From Cenococcum geophilum (Eukaryota): DNA of 64,000 nt. The notes below the pieces were generated by a model. It searched no databases, was not told the origin of the DNA, and was given only the letters and a program-made list of their open reading frames with translations. A program made the position numbers and the translations under genes. The DNA lies in contig CP158635.1 in assembly GCA_050273025.1 (NCBI GenBank), positions 5,580,001 through 5,644,000 of the forward strand, in the 5' to 3' direction. Position 1 is the stretch's first letter. Each line of letters starts with the position of its first letter. Below, one piece after another: positions 37,601 to 51,057 of this stretch.

Positions 37601-39560
37601 CTAAACAGATTAAAGCGGCAATATAGCCAGTAAGCAGCAATATACGGATTATTATTAAGATTCTAAGAAGCAATCCGGTAGCGCTAAGCCTTATTAGCAG
37701 CCTTATATTCGTCAAATAGAGGCATATAAGAGTGTAGATTATACTAATATAGATTAGCAGCGCTAAGTGTAAAGAATAGAGACCCGCTCTTAATATTCTC
37801 AGTATAAGCCGTAAGCTTATTTCTCTTCTGCCTTTAGTAAGGTCTAGTGCCCTTAAGGTTCTATATATGCCATACAATCTTATTTAGCAACTAGCTACCC
37901 CTATTACTATTTATAAGATTACTAAGCTTATCTAAAGATAGACCATTTTTATCTAATTGGCTATAGAGGAAGCGGGTAGCGTTAAGGGCTTGCTCTCTTA
38001 TAATCTAATTAAACACATAATAGTAAAATAAGGGGTAGCGGCCAAACCAACCGTCCTAATACTTAAGTATATACTTAGCGTACGCAGCTAGGGTAACCGT
38101 ACGGCTTCGTGGCATATTAAAATCGGCTTTACTATAAGGAAACAGAGTAGGAAAGGCGCTACGCATAATAAAACTAGCTAATCGCTTAGAGAGAGGTATC
38201 TATTGCATAGTAGGAACCTCTAAGCCCACTTATAGGTCTTATTAGTATTAAACCTCACAACCCAAAAGCTCTAATTTATTAAGGTTAGGCACTAGATTAG
38301 GAACTAAAGTATCCAGTACATTATTATTAAATTCGCCGTCTAGTATATTACTGCCAAGCTTAGTAGGTAGAGGATTAATAGCAAGACATTATATAGGAGC
38401 AGTAGGGTAAGTTGTCGGGCTACTAGAATTAGACTCTAACTTGTTAATATAAGGTAGCTAATCTAATATAGAGCCATTTTTGGGTAAGCTGGTAAGCCGG
38501 GTGCTATATATTTCAACGTTATAATAATCAGGATAATTGACCTTTAGAAAGTAAAGCCACTATACTATAGCAGAGCGCCTTACGGTATACCGCTTAGTAA
38601 ACCGCTAACTTAGGTATTTACTACCTTCTACTACCGCAGGCCTTACGACTAGTATATTAAGTTTAGTAGGTAGCCGTGGTAGCTGCCTCTAGGTCTTTAG
38701 TATGTTCTAGCTAAAGCAGCAGATATAGCCAGTATAGCAATATTACTAGCCGCGTACACGCATAACTTACAGATAAACGTATACGCGCGCAATTAGAAGC
38801 TCCTCTACCGCGGTAAGTATAGGTAAGAAGCCAGGAACAGGCCCCGGATCGAGCCCATTGCTATCACTAAATAGGGGAGGAAGGGTTAAATCCTTAAGGC
38901 TATCGGCGTCCTTAATACAGGCTTTATATACACCTATATTATCACCCTCCGTAGCTAAGCCCATTTAGAACCACCGCTCCTTATAACGACTACACATCTC
39001 TATACGTTTAGCCTATAATATACTCCTAAACTTCTTAATTCGCTCCTAATCGACTGCTAAAATAGGTAGTAGTGTGGCCGTAGCCGGAGCTTGCTGTAAG
39101 GGAGCTTGCCACAAGGGAGCTTACCGCGAGGGAGCTTGCCGTAAGGGAGCTTGCTACAAGGAAGGTGGTATTAGTAGTAGGGTAGGTATTAGCGGTAGTA
39201 TAGGTATTAGCGGTAGTATAGGTATTAGCGGTAGTATAGGTATTAGCGGTAGGGTAGGTATTGGCGGTAGGGTAGGCATAGGAGCTAGTTCCGGCAAGGA
39301 CGCATTTAGGCTATCTAAAGTGCCTCTTCTACTGCACGGAGCTTCATCTGCAGTATATAGCGGAGGAGTAGGTAAGTAAGCTTCACCCCGTTAATTAAGA
39401 ATGCGGTGCCCTCGCTATATTACCCTAATTATCTTCCGCCGTTAAGCTATTTCAGGAGTATCTTGGCTATTCTAGCCGCGAGGCAGGAAGGCGTTCTCGG
39501 TATCATTTTCAGGTAGAGCAGTTCGCTGGCGCCTTATAGGACGATTCTTAGTAATAGAAC
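34700..39560 (-). mobile_element. Helitron-type rolling-circle element: RepHel (HUH Rep + PIF1 helicase) pseudogene
   Basis: LPILTAVEELLIARV (DUF6570-like, ~38785-38830). Rep motifs LFFTLSAAD ~37755-37780, YEWQ..GSGH.H ~37520-37553, NYIGKYCSK ~37030-37057. PIF1 motifs DGEAGTGKSHL ~36010-36043, PT.VA.FSINGRT ~35895-35937, ILDEKS.IG ~35767-35795, GDF.QLPP ~35645-35675, QFPITLAFALTVHKSQGLTL ~34905-34966. Element termini not resolved (roughly 32540-39950). Confidence 0.9.
39087..39280 (-). repeat. Coding minisatellites in the RepHel N-terminus (15-bp x ~5; 18-bp x ~6)
   Basis: GGAGCTTGCCGTAAG-like units at 39087-39160, then GGTATTAGCGGTAGTATA-like units at 39167-39280. On the minus strand they encode QAPLR and IPILPL/IPTLPP repeats. 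Confidence 0.9.
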
Positions 39561-40127
39561 CTAACTCTATAAGAGCTCTCCGCTTATTTAAATCATATTT
39601 AGAGACCTAGAAAAGTAAGCAGAAGTAGAAGTAATATATAGGGAAGACGCACCTTTAACCGACATAACTGGCACAGCTTTAAAAGCTTCTTTAAAGGGCC
39701 GTCTTTAACAAAGTTAAGGCGGGGCTTATGGATATGGCATTTGCTGCACTTAATTACAGTAGAATCTGCCATATTTAGAATGTATATAGTAGTATTAATT
39801 AAGGTATCAATAAAGGAAGGTGCAATACTAAGATATTTTGATGTTCATAATATTTTGATGTTCATCACGTGGATTCTGCCACAACTTACCGCGCGCAGTC
39901 TTGTTTTTAACTAATTAGAAGCCAGCTTTCTAACCAATCAGAAGCTAGCTTGGCGGAGTTTGAAATCCAGGACCCGAATATAATAGACCACTCGTACCTC
40001 GGGTCAACAAACACTTTCTGTTCTAGTACAAGCATCCCTAAGATTTTTCATGACTCGAGTATTCACGCTCGTCACTTTTCCACTTGCAAGCCATCTAACA
40101 CTCCACTCACCATTGCACCGAGCACGC

Positions 40128-41772
40128 TCATGCTTTCTCCGACACCGTCATCGACGCTCTCTCCGATGCCTTATCCGTCGAGCTTATCGCATAGCTAATC
40201 TCGACACCATACTCGATCGTTTTGGCCACGCCGCCCTCATTCAGCGTGCGCTGCACGCTCTCGAAATTCTCAATCTGCGACGCTTCGATCTCGACATCGC
40301 GCCCGGCCTCCTTGCCCCAACCCGCATAGCTCGGCACACGGCCGCGCTCTTCGTCGCAGGTCGAATAGTTCTCGCTTTCGTCGAGCTTGCGCGCGCCCTT
40401 GTGTGAACGAGAGAGCCGCCACATGGGAAAGGAGCCGGGGTATTTGGGCGTTTCGGACGAGGTGGGTGGTTGCGAGGAGGGCGAGTCGAAGATGCGGGGC
40501 GCGAGGCGGTTAAGGAGTGGTTTTAGGGTGGGGAGGCAAGCGCAGATTATGCCGACGTTGATTTCGACTTCGCTGGTGGAATGTCAAAAGGCCGTTCAGG
40601 AAATGGAGTGAATATTGGAGCGAGAGGCTAGGAGGAAAAAAGGCATGTCAAATTGAGAGCATTGAAGTGCTGAGTTAAAAGGAGACAGGACTTACGCCCA
40701 TCCCGCGACGCCCACTTTGTAGCGGGTGAAATCTGTGGAGTGCAGCGACGGTACCATAGTTACCAAGCGGACAACGCTAACGATACAAGCACTGTTTCTT
40801 CTGTTAGATGCTATTACTGGTTCCCGCTCTTGCGTTTCATCGAGATAAGCTCACAAACTGCCCACTGCGAGCAAAATCATCAGCAAGTATCTCTGCCTCT
40901 TACTGACGTTCAGCCTCAAACACATCCGCACTGACAACCCTAAGGTGGCAAAATCTGTGGCAATGTTGCAGACAGCTTGAACGTAATAATATGCCTTCTT
41001 ATTAACGCATGTGCTCTTCACCAACAAATCCCAGCCGCCAGCAACTGGAGTGCAGCCGAATGTGGATACGATGATGCTGATGAAGCTGTAGGTGACGTCA
41101 AAAGCTATGATGCAGTAAGCGGCGGTGCGGAAAGTCTTGTCCGGGTTGAGGCGAAGGTAGAAGAGCAAGATCGAGACTTTGACGAAGCAAGTGCCGATGA
41201 AGTAGAAGTCCTGGCCTAAGAGGTCGATCTGGGAGTTGTTAGCCACCGTGAGGCGGTTATGGGAAGCGAAAAGGGTGCAGTACAATAAGGAAAGGCCTTA
41301 GTTTTGGGATATAGAGCTCCCAAAGGTGGACGCCATAGCCATATGGGATATCTGAATTGAATACATTTTAGTTACTCTAATGCTTTCTGAAGTGAAATCT
41401 GTGTTGTACGTACTTGCTATTCTCAGACTGCAGAATGCCCAGGATACAAGCTATTAGATAAAAATCAGTGCTAGCCCACGGTCAAATATGCTTAGCAAGC
41501 TTTACTAGCCCAATGGTAATGAATACTATATTCGCCTGGGTTAGTCATCAGATATTTACGAGGAATATAAGGAACCCACAATCATCCGAACCCGGCGACC
41601 GAACAACAACGAATCGGGTATACAATCGTAGGAGAACGATGAATGTAGCTATGCAAGTGAAAGGCAGACTGACTGCAATAACTTGGTACGCAATCGAGTC
41701 TGGGTGCTCGAAGTTGGCTATCACTCCTGGAGGAGGCGTCGTAGCCGGTACGTGAGAATAATCTATCAACAT
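40128..41772 (-). CDS. PTH11-like / fungal rhodopsin-domain integral membrane protein, multi-exon
   Basis: PPPGVIANFEHP start, LRLYTR, DD-LFITIGL, YGYGVHLWEL, FVKVSILLFYLRL, FGCTPVAGGWD, CNIATDF, ACIVSVVRL, EVEINVGIICACLPTLKPLL. Canonical GT-AG introns with branch sites. Stop at 40128. Confidence 0.9.
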
Positions 41773-42523
41773 GGTAGATCACCACAGAGAGACCAAATAA
41801 TGACACTTGGAAATGAATCGAAGACGGTGTCGATAGAAGGGAATGAGAGAAAGCTATGCAATCCTGCTCAACAGCTCTTTGGAGAAGCATCCTCTTAAGT
41901 AACTCATGATAGAAACATAAAGTTCGTGGGATAGAATTCGGTAGCCAGGCACAGAGATCGCCAGTATCATTTTCCGGTCACATCGCGCTGATCCTTTCCA
42001 GGGTACAGAAAAAGTGCCGGTTGGCATAGCGGATCGCCTAACAACCGACAGGCCTAGCGGGGGCGCATTATTAACAAAAAGTAAGAAGTGCTTGAAAGGA
42101 GACAAAAAATAAGTCTTGAAATTTTACCCAGTGCGTATTCTAGACACATTTATGTTGTACAAATATGTAGGTACGTCTGTCTTGGGGAGCAATCCGATTA
42201 CGTAGGTGGGAACTTGGCTGGTGCCATCGGGACGACCTAGGAAAAAACGGCTCGCTTCAGCTGTGTAGAACCTAGCCGGCGTTACTAATTGCCAAGGTGG
42301 TTGCTTTTCGAAGCAGAAGTACAGTGCAATAGATAACGAACATTCCCTCTTTTTGCTTTCCAAAATATAGATCCACCACGGCTTCCTCAATCCGATTCAG
42401 ACAGGGTCAGTAGTCGCATCATGATAGCCTCCCCAGTGCGATAACCTCCCCCAGCATCCTAGTGGTTGGGAGAGTGATAGTCTCGGGGAACACAATAGAA
42501 CAGCCCACTCCAAGCCGCAGGTA

Positions 42524-43045
42524 CAGTAAAAACTGGTTAGTACGATAGGGGTTGTACGGCCAAGCGAATCGTTTTACAGTAAAATCTTTCTACTACGATA
42601 CGGTTGGTACGGCCAATTATATCGTTATACTAGTGGTATTGTTATAACATACGTCCGTGCACGACAAATAGGGAAGAATCTTATCCTAAAAGTAACTCAC
42701 GCGCCAAAAAGCCTCTCTCAACTATCTCGTATCGTTATAATGGGGTTTTACTGGACCGATGGTATTGTTATACATAAAGTCACGTGTTGCGTTAGTAGGC
42801 AAGAAAAAGGAGGCCAACACGTCACCAGGTATCCGAAAAGGGCATAGGGTATCTACCTTACGGGCCAAATAGCCCCCCCATACAAAATTTCTTCTGGTTA
42901 AACCGATTTTGGTGGCAGGAACTTAACGATATCACCAGAAGTCAGTTTATCGTAAAATACACCAAAAAAGTTTTGGTAAAGAGATGTAGATCGTAATACA
43001 GAGTATATCGTTGTAATCAAATATCGTACTAAAGAGTTTTTACTA
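42524..43045. mobile_element. Non-autonomous Tc1/mariner (pogo-like) element
   Basis: TA-CAGTAAAAACTGGTTAGTACGATA ... TATCGTACTAAAGAGTTTTTACTA-TA (24-bp TIR, 3 mismatches). The left end is tandemly duplicated at ~42578. Confidence 0.75.
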
Positions 43046-43081
43046 TAGACCTTTCGAAAGGATTGTCTATTCCTTTTTCTA

Positions 43082-43221
43082 TCCCTTAACCCGTCAATTA
43101 TGGCGCAACGTTATCGATAAGGCCCCAGCCAATGAGGAACCCTAGATTGAACGAACTTTTGGTGTTGCATGCACGGACCCATAACCTTATCGATAAGGTA
43201 GGACGCCAGCGGGTTAAGGGA
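43082..43221. mobile_element. MITE with TCCCTTAACCCG termini, TA-flanked
   Basis: TA-TCCCTTAACCCG ... CGGGTTAAGGGA-TA. Shares TTATCGATAAGG, CCAAT and TGCACGG with 31218-31366. Confidence 0.8.
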
Positions 43222-43619
43222 TACCCGCCTAGCCTCTACTAGAGCAGTGATCTTCGCGACTCGACATATACCGTAACCATAAATGAGAAGGGATGCAGGC
43301 CGGCCTCAAATCAGCAACGTGCAGACAGCCCAGCTAAGAGGTTCCGGGTTTGCGGTATCGCACTCCGTCTAGATGCAGCAAGCTTTGCGTTCTGACAAGG
43401 TATCGTAAAAGAATAAAAGAGCTTAAGGCCCTGAGCTGAGTTTCACCAACACTACTCTTTTGCGTCCCATCTTGTGATATATTTGCCTCAAGTCTCGGGA
43501 TCCCAACTAGTATTGCAGCCGTATCTGCATATCATTTTGCTTTCGCGAGGTATTGACAATAGAATCGGCATCCAACATTGGCAAGGATAAGTACCCCAGA
43601 AGCTATTGCGGGGTAGAAT

Positions 43620-45093
43620 GCCGCCATCCAAGAGTCGCTCAAAGACGTCAGCATAGCTGCGGAGTTGTATGCACAAATCTCGACAAAGAATGCAGGCTAG
43701 AGCGGAATGCAAGAGATTAGAGAGGCGGGAGAGGCACGGATGGCTCTGGTTTTGGAAGCGTGGAAGCTATTGCGAGCCATCCGAGGGCCTGTCGATACCT
43801 TGTTTGAACACTTTGAGAGAGTAATTGATCTAGCGCACACCATTGAATGTCTCAGGAGATTGTATGGTCACTAACAGGTGAAAATTTACTAGATGTCGCA
43901 TACATCTGCCTGTCGAGCACTACTCGAAATGGGCGTGTTTGATACGCTACCCATGGATGGACAAGCATGGCCGCGTCTGAATTAGCTGAAGCATTGGGTG
44001 TTGACGAGCTGCTGTTGGGTGAGTGAAAGAACCGGGTTCCTCAAGCAATCTGATAGCTACTGGTTTGACGTATCCAAAAGTTCGTCTCATGAGGGTTACC
44101 ACTATCCCGGGGCCCTTTTCGGAAGTTTGCGCCGCAGGCGTAAGCACACACGCCCTTCTCTCAAATGTACAATGTGCCTGCACTCCGCAGGGTACTAAAG
44201 CTTATGTGAGTTCGTTTCATTTCTTGCGAGGATAACATCACTACTCCGTGTTTTACTAACCTCCCTCTACCCTTCAGGTGCGATGAGTACTGGCCTCCGA
44301 TGTTGCAGTTACCCAAGTTTCTCAAGCAGGGCGGCTAGAAGAACCCCGAATCCGAGACGAATAATCCATATACATTTGCCCATAGGACCGGAGGTAAAAC
44401 AATGTGGGAGTACATGGCGCAATTCCCGGAGCGAACCAAGGCATTCGACTACGTCATGCAATCGCAGACACAGGCGGCGATGCCTACCGTGGGCCTCTTT
44501 CCATTTGCAGGCGAGCTCAGCAAATTTAAGAACGATGACGAGACTCCGTTGGTAGTAGATATCGGTTGAGGCAAAGGACATATCACGCAACGTATAAAGG
44601 AGTTATGTCCAGATATCAAGGGCCGCATAATCCTACAATGCCGGTCAGATGTTATCGACGATATTAGCTGGGAATTTCCAGGGATAGAGCGGATGAAATA
44701 TGGCTTCTTCACTCCGCAACCTATCAAAGGTATGTCTTGATATCGGGATACTGGAACGTGCCATGGCTAATGGAATCGCGTTAACTTAGCAGCACCCATC
44801 TACTACATTCGACGATGTTTGCACGACTGGCCCGATGAAGTTTGTGTTCGCATCCTAAAGGATATTGCTGCCTCGATGGATCCTGCAAAGTCGCGTCTCT
44901 TGATCGCAGAGATGTATCTCCCGGATCAAGGAGCCAATATCGAAGCTGCTTGGTTCAACATGACCATGATGACTCCCAGTGGACGAGAGCGTACCAAAAG
45001 CGACTGGACTTAGACAATACTGGATTCAAGCTCGACAAAGTCCATACATCTCCTGGAATCAATTATGGAGTCGTAGAGGCGTATTTGAAGTAA
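43620..45093 (+). pseudogene. SAM-dependent O-methyltransferase (methyltransf_2 type) pseudogene
   Basis: RALLEMGVFDTLP, LVVDIG*GKGH (TGA 44567-44569 inside the GxGxG motif), YGFFTPQPIKG, YYIRRCLHDWPDE, GRERTKSDW followed by a frameshift. Also an in-frame TAG at ~43697. Confidence 0.85.
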
Positions 45094-46049
45094 TGGCGGC
45101 CTATGAACTATGTGAGAGCCACCCTGCGGGACCTGTAGCGCGATTAGAAGCAGTTAATTTGCTAGCGTAAGAAGGTAGACGCGTCTAAGTCCATTTATGT
45201 AAGAATACCGCTTTTTAATTTTCAGAAATCAGATTACTAAGTCGGTAAGCATCAGTTTGGGGTCCGATGTATCCCAAAACTCATCCCAGTCAGTTAAACT
45301 AATCCTTTGATCATGTCTTGAATACATTCGTAAATCCATAATATTACGCGATTGAGAAATGCGGCTGACCTGTGGTTCCCCAGAATGAATGGTTACGAGG
45401 GTGTTAATGAGGGGCATGTCCATCGGAGATCGGAAATTAAGGGTGGCTTGAAACGAGCATGGCTTGACCCACGGTTGTTTCACCCCTATTCTCAACTTTG
45501 CTCACGATAATCACTGTAGCACTTTCGACGTTGTTTCTGGTTTTTCAATGTTAAATTTTGTCAAAATGTAGAATTTGGCTTCATAAATTTTTCCTCTCAA
45601 TATTAAGCAATCAGAATAAAGTTTCCATATCCCACATGACGGTAAAGCTTCAATCCCGCCGGAGCCACTAGGCCCGCAGCGACCGATCCAGATAATTTCG
45701 TAGGGCAGATGCTCGTTGACCCAACTTTCTCGATGCTTTCTAGTATGTGAGCACTAAAAACCGGGTTGTTAGAGGATCGTAGATTTCATATACAAGCTAC
45801 CGATGTATAAACATATAGGAAGTAGGCCCTGGTGTATTCTCAACTCTTTTCCTTCAACACTGTGTCCTGCAGAAACAGGAGTTCTCATTTCCCTCTTGCC
45901 ATTCATTTATTACCGTCCTTTTTAGCAGTCCATTCGTTTGATAGATTCGTAATACTCTCTTCATTCGTCCCGTTCGCCCTAGTATTTTTTAGCAAAGTTG
46001 AGCTTTGCCTTTGTTGCCCGAGCTAATCTCCCTCCAACTTTCTGTTTCT

Positions 46050-46800
46050 TCAATTGGTCAAGCCACTGATTCCGGATTTCCAGATGTGGCGCGGGATGGG
46101 GGCGGTGGGGATCTATCAACAGCAAGAACATTATCGTCTTCTCCGATACGTCGACTTCGAACGGCACAGGAGGGCTGAAAGGTTTTACTTCAGACCCTGC
46201 TGTATATGTATGGTCTTTATTTGATATGGTGATTAAATAACAACCACTTCTGATAAAATTCTCTCAAACAGTCTGATACCAATTCTCCTGCGGCCTTGAC
46301 GGATTTCGGATCAAATGGCGTTCCAAAGCTAGCGATTCCTTTCACAGCGAACAAGTCAGCATACACCAACGTCCATCTCGGTACTGACGGATCCCGCGTC
46401 GCCTGTTGGCCCTCTAGTGAGCAATTTCGATAATCACTCCTCGTACTAGTCTTTAACTTTACTGATAATTATAGGTAACATCGTTGTTCTCTCAGGCGGA
46501 AAAAGAAGGGTGATGATGCCCAACACCGTCATCATTGATAATACCGGTACCGGGACGAGCCTTTACAGTACTCTGATCACTGTAACGGCTGATACTTCTG
46601 GGCCAGTCTTCAACCGAACGACCCCCCCCCCCCCCCCCAGGTCTTTTATGTATGTTGATTCTCCATGCTACCAACAGAAGTATGGCTTATTGACCAACTC
46701 TTGCCTAGCCCGGCGAGCTAGCCTATGGTGCTTTCGGTGCAACAGTATCCCCATACAATAACAAGCCATTGGCGTTTGCCTCTAGTACCGACCAAGCCAG
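46050..46800 (+). pseudogene. Degraded gene for a secreted-type hypothetical protein
   Basis: Reading GSINSKNIIVFSDTSTSNGTGGLKGFTS. Intron-like segments (gtatat ~46202; gtgagc ~46417; gtatgt ~46650) with branch/acceptor sites. In-frame stops and a C17 run. Confidence 0.4.
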
Positions 46801-49800
46801 AACCTTCGTTGCCTGAGCAGATCAAAGCTCCATGACGGGCTGTTCAAAGGTATTTGCTCTTCCCCTCCCCATGGTATCCTCTCTTACTCTGTCGCATCTC
46901 TAACCCGTTTAGGTATTGTAGCATGGATACTGTAACGTCAGCGCTTGAGTCTCCACGGCCTAGTGCCATCTTTACCGGCAAATACTCCTGCAGCGACATT
47001 TTCTACTCTCCTTCAAGACTTTTCTGGCCGTCTACATGAATGGCTGGGCTGACCCTACTTTTCGCATGCGCTCCAGTCTTTCCGGTTTTTCATACGGCAC
47101 GTGGAGCACCGGGCAGGTGCTGTATAAGACAGATCCAGGCACTTAGCTGTACACATACGGCGGGCATGCGTATCCGGGGTATGATGTGAGAGGTAAAACA
47201 CTAGTGTTGAGTTGGACGAAGGAGTGGAGTTACATTAAGATGGCGAAGGAGACTTTTGTGTGAAGCGGCGATGATGACTGGTGGTGAGCTGGGAGTTGGG
47301 TGAGGTTGCTGCAGGAGATGCTGCAGGTCCTACGAAAGCTGTAGCTTTGCCGAAGGGCCAAGAGGTGATGTATCACTGTATAAGGCACTCAAAGGCCTAT
47401 ACTAAGACCCTTTGTCCGTCTCGCTAGATGTTAAAGACGCGTTTTGGAGAAGTAACAGATCGGCTAGGCCGATTTCAGTTTTTGTAGATACGATTGAAAA
47501 ATTCCCTCTCATTCTTAGAAGCAGAAAAGGTGGAATAAATTAAGAACGAGGACGAGTAATACAGTGGTGTAAGGAGCCACTACCGGCATTTATCCTTCCA
47601 GCGATCCTGCATCCCGCCTGCGGTCGCCCTACCTTCTTGTTCCTCTAACATCATAACCCCTTTCGCCATCAACTAAAAACCCGTCAGATACAAGCAGGAG
47701 AGCAAAACACGTACTAGGTTATCGAAGAAGCAAAGCATATAACTTTAGATGGTGCTAAATTATCTCGCTTTCAGATGAATCTCGATGTCCTTGCTGCTAC
47801 GCGACTCAGCCCAATCTCTGCCACTCTAAATACCTTCAGAGAACAGTTCATTACCTCTCAATATACCACTCACACCTGATCAAACACCTTCAAGCGTGCT
47901 AGAGTGGCATACAACACTAGTTCATATTATGTGGCCGTGAGCATGATCGAATTATGCCTACTTGAATCTCCTTGTGACTTCATGTTCACTTCTTCCTACT
48001 CCTGAATCTTGATAGCTGCTCGAGTTAGCTAGTTCAATATCCTTCCAATTTTCTGAATATTTTTACTCTTCTCTAATATTAATTGGCTTTATACTAAAAA
48101 TCTCAATGGAAAAAATAACCTATTTTTATCAGCTCGAGGCCCGCTCTAGACATACCTTCCGCGGCTTGGGGTGAGTAGCATACTTTTGGTTAGGCGGTTT
48201 CAGAGACCTCCTGTGGAATATCTCCAATCTTTATCGTGGAGCCGGAAGCAACGAAATCATCTCCAAATAAGAACATGGAAAAATTATATTGGGTTTGCGT
48301 TCTGGTGCTTATACCCGGTTTAATTCCAAGGCAGTGGGTCTCTGTTCTGCTATACTAGCAAAGAAAAGAATATTTTTCTAACGTCTGTGAGCATTGAGTT
48401 GCAAAAGTATTTCAAAGCAGGACTTTGGCGAGATTAAATAGGCTGAAATGCCCCTCAGAGCAGTTATAACATTTTTCTTTAAGAAATGCTTGGGTTAGGC
48501 CGTTTTGGATGTATGACAGAGACAAGACCCTCTTAAAGTCTTCCATACCATTATCGTTTGCAAATATTCGTACATCAGCCCCTGGCTGTTCTCTAGAGCA
48601 TCTGGATTCGTCCTATATGCCTAGATTATCATGTACAGTGGTTATGCCTGGCCTGGCAGACGCCGATAACTCAACCCCTTCTAACCTTTAGCGTCGTCTA
48701 AACCATAGATTCAGAAAGTTGTTAAAAGGAGAACGATAATCTGCTTAGAGCACTTCCTATGTCAGGAGAAGACGGCGAACCAGAGCTAGCTAACGACTTG
48801 TTTCTAGTTGAATAGGTCATTCAAGTTTCCAGATATATATTGCACGCTTCGCTTTGGTTCAGACTGTGGCATATCCTGCGAGGTGAGCATTCTCCAGAGG
48901 TTATAAAAATCGGGTATTGTGATCAGCTATTCTGCCAGCCATGGTGGGCTACATGTGTTAGAAATTCTATGTCATAGAAATCACTCCTAGAATTCAGTGA
49001 TACTGTGCTTGAGGCTAACTGGAAGTGCCATAGGATTCCCGGAGACGTAGATAGATGAAACATGACTCAAGGAGACGATTGTCGTACTAACAGCAGCGTC
49101 TCGAGGACTTATAGTCTTGAGGGCTTATAAGCTTGTGAACTCCTAGCCGGACATGACAACTGCATTAGAAGGCTACATCTAACGGTGTAGAAGAGAAAAT
49201 GGACGACTGTGAATAAGGTGGTGATGAAACGGGTTGGGGACTGGTGAAGGGAAAGCAGTGGAAGCAGAGGTAGTTGGAGAAAAATTCAGTCACGATTCTA
49301 CGGCAGGTGCTAATAGCATTCTCTTCAACAGAATACAAGCATGAAAGAATGTCATAGGAGTGAGGGCACTGAGGACGACGGCTTGGAATAAGCCATAGCT
49401 CTTATAGAACGAACATACAATAGTTATCCTAAAAAATAATTATAAAGTTTGTAGCACTAAAAGAATACCATAACGATTGATGAAAGGGTATAAAAGATTT
49501 TTTGAAGACTTGGAATGAATTTTTGATCTTAGGCTGTAGCATCTTAGGGAGAAAATGGGTTGGATTCTATACCTGCGGGTAGAAGTTTTATTTTGCTGTA
49601 CTTTGTACTTTGCACCATTCAATGCAACAGCTACTTTTCTATTAAGTTGAACCATGCCATTGCAAACCTATGTACACCCGATAGCCATCGCACGCAGAAC
49701 TGTCCTATGATTCCCATTTCGAATGAAAGGCTACTGCCTGAGAAGTCCCATGAAAAAGCCTCGAAGGGAATTGCGAAGAAGGGAAAAAAAAAGGGAATTA

Positions 49801-49936
49801 ACCAAGTTCGCCGCAGAAGATATTCAACATACCATCCATGCTCTCCTGAGAGAAGGAAAACGCCAGCAGTGCAGCTGTTTTATTCCGAACTCGTCATTCG
49901 TCCACTACGACCCTCATCATCTCCATAGAGGCTTTT

Positions 49937-51057
49937 TCACTTCGTTATGAAGCCGAGGTAGTCCGCAACGATAAGTGTTACCATGCTAACAAGCCAAAGT
50001 TAGTCTAGCTGTCATATACTTCCGAGATGCCTCCACCTGTCATTTTTCAGCGCCACGTGCTAGGGTTGACTTACGCGTGTGGGGCTATCCTAACGTAGTA
50101 TGTTCCGAAGCCACGATAGAACCTTAGCAGACCTTCATCCTTGGCAACTTTCGCGAAGCAGTCGAACATTCCCTTGTATGGCAGTGTGCCATCTGGCGCT
50201 CTTGTCTGCTTCTGCAACCTTGTCTTCACAAAGTCGAAAGGTAAGCTGAAGAAGCTGGCAAAGAAACCCGCAATTGCCGATGCTGTTAACGTCTGATTAC
50301 GCACAGACAGCGAGGTGTGCTGGAGGTGAGTTTTCGCTTCACTGAAGAAAGCTAGCTGTCCGAAGTTCAGTGCCATAGCGCGAACAACGGTCGGGTATGC
50401 TCCGGCCCACAGCCTGGTTACTCCTTCGTTTTTCGAGATTCGGATCAATGCGTCGATTACCGACGTGTAGTTTGCACGCGCAGCCGCAGGTTTCAGGCCA
50501 TCGCTCTGCATGCGGATGAGTGCAAGATCGGCAGGATTTCCAACCATTGCCGCTAGGCCACCCGCAGCTAGACCAGCACCGGCCCGCTCTTTAAATCCCA
50601 CCTTTTGGCCTTTCATTTCCGCCGACTTGGCCATTGCCTCCATAAATGTATCGAAGAAACCCAAGCGCGCCGTCGTATAGACTGCCTGCCGTAGCAGTCC
50701 AGCTGACAGCCCGGTGTATAGATCCAACGCCTTTCCCGACGCTAGGATTTCTCGGACAACGGATATGGGGGTGGGTTTCGGACCAGTTTTTACTCCCTCG
50801 CCCGCGAGTTGAAGTCGGACTTTGATCATATCGATCGGTTGGATAACAGTGGTGGCTGTCATGCCTGCAATCCCGCCATTTATGAAAGGCAGTGCTGCTC
50901 GCATAACGGGAGTGTGGAGGAAGTCCGTTGTTGCTTGCTTGGGATTCTCTGTGGCAGACTTCATGATTGCTTCGGCGTCGTGTAACGAACTCTTTGCTGA
51001 GGTGAGTGCTGAGGCGGATTGTTGCTTTGCGTCCTCGACTATGGCAGTAGCGGGCAT
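49937..51057 (-). CDS. Mitochondrial carrier, 2-oxoglutarate/malate (OGC/DIC-like)
   Basis: Three PxDxxK/R signatures (PIDMIKVR, PADLALIR, PFDFVKTR), GLSAGLLRQAVYTTARLG, YYVRIAPHA. Intron 49986-50074 (gtaagt...ttag). Last exon MVTLIVADYLGFITK* ends at 49937. ATG at 51057. Confidence 0.94.

Noticed and set aside
39074..39379. ORF with GAC.K / GISGSI repeats as a novel glycine-rich protein
   Set aside because: It is the antisense reading of minisatellites within the Helitron RepHel frame and starts with GTG.
43082..43092. Telomeric repeat (CCCTTAACCC)
   Set aside because: Single imperfect unit explained as a MITE TIR.
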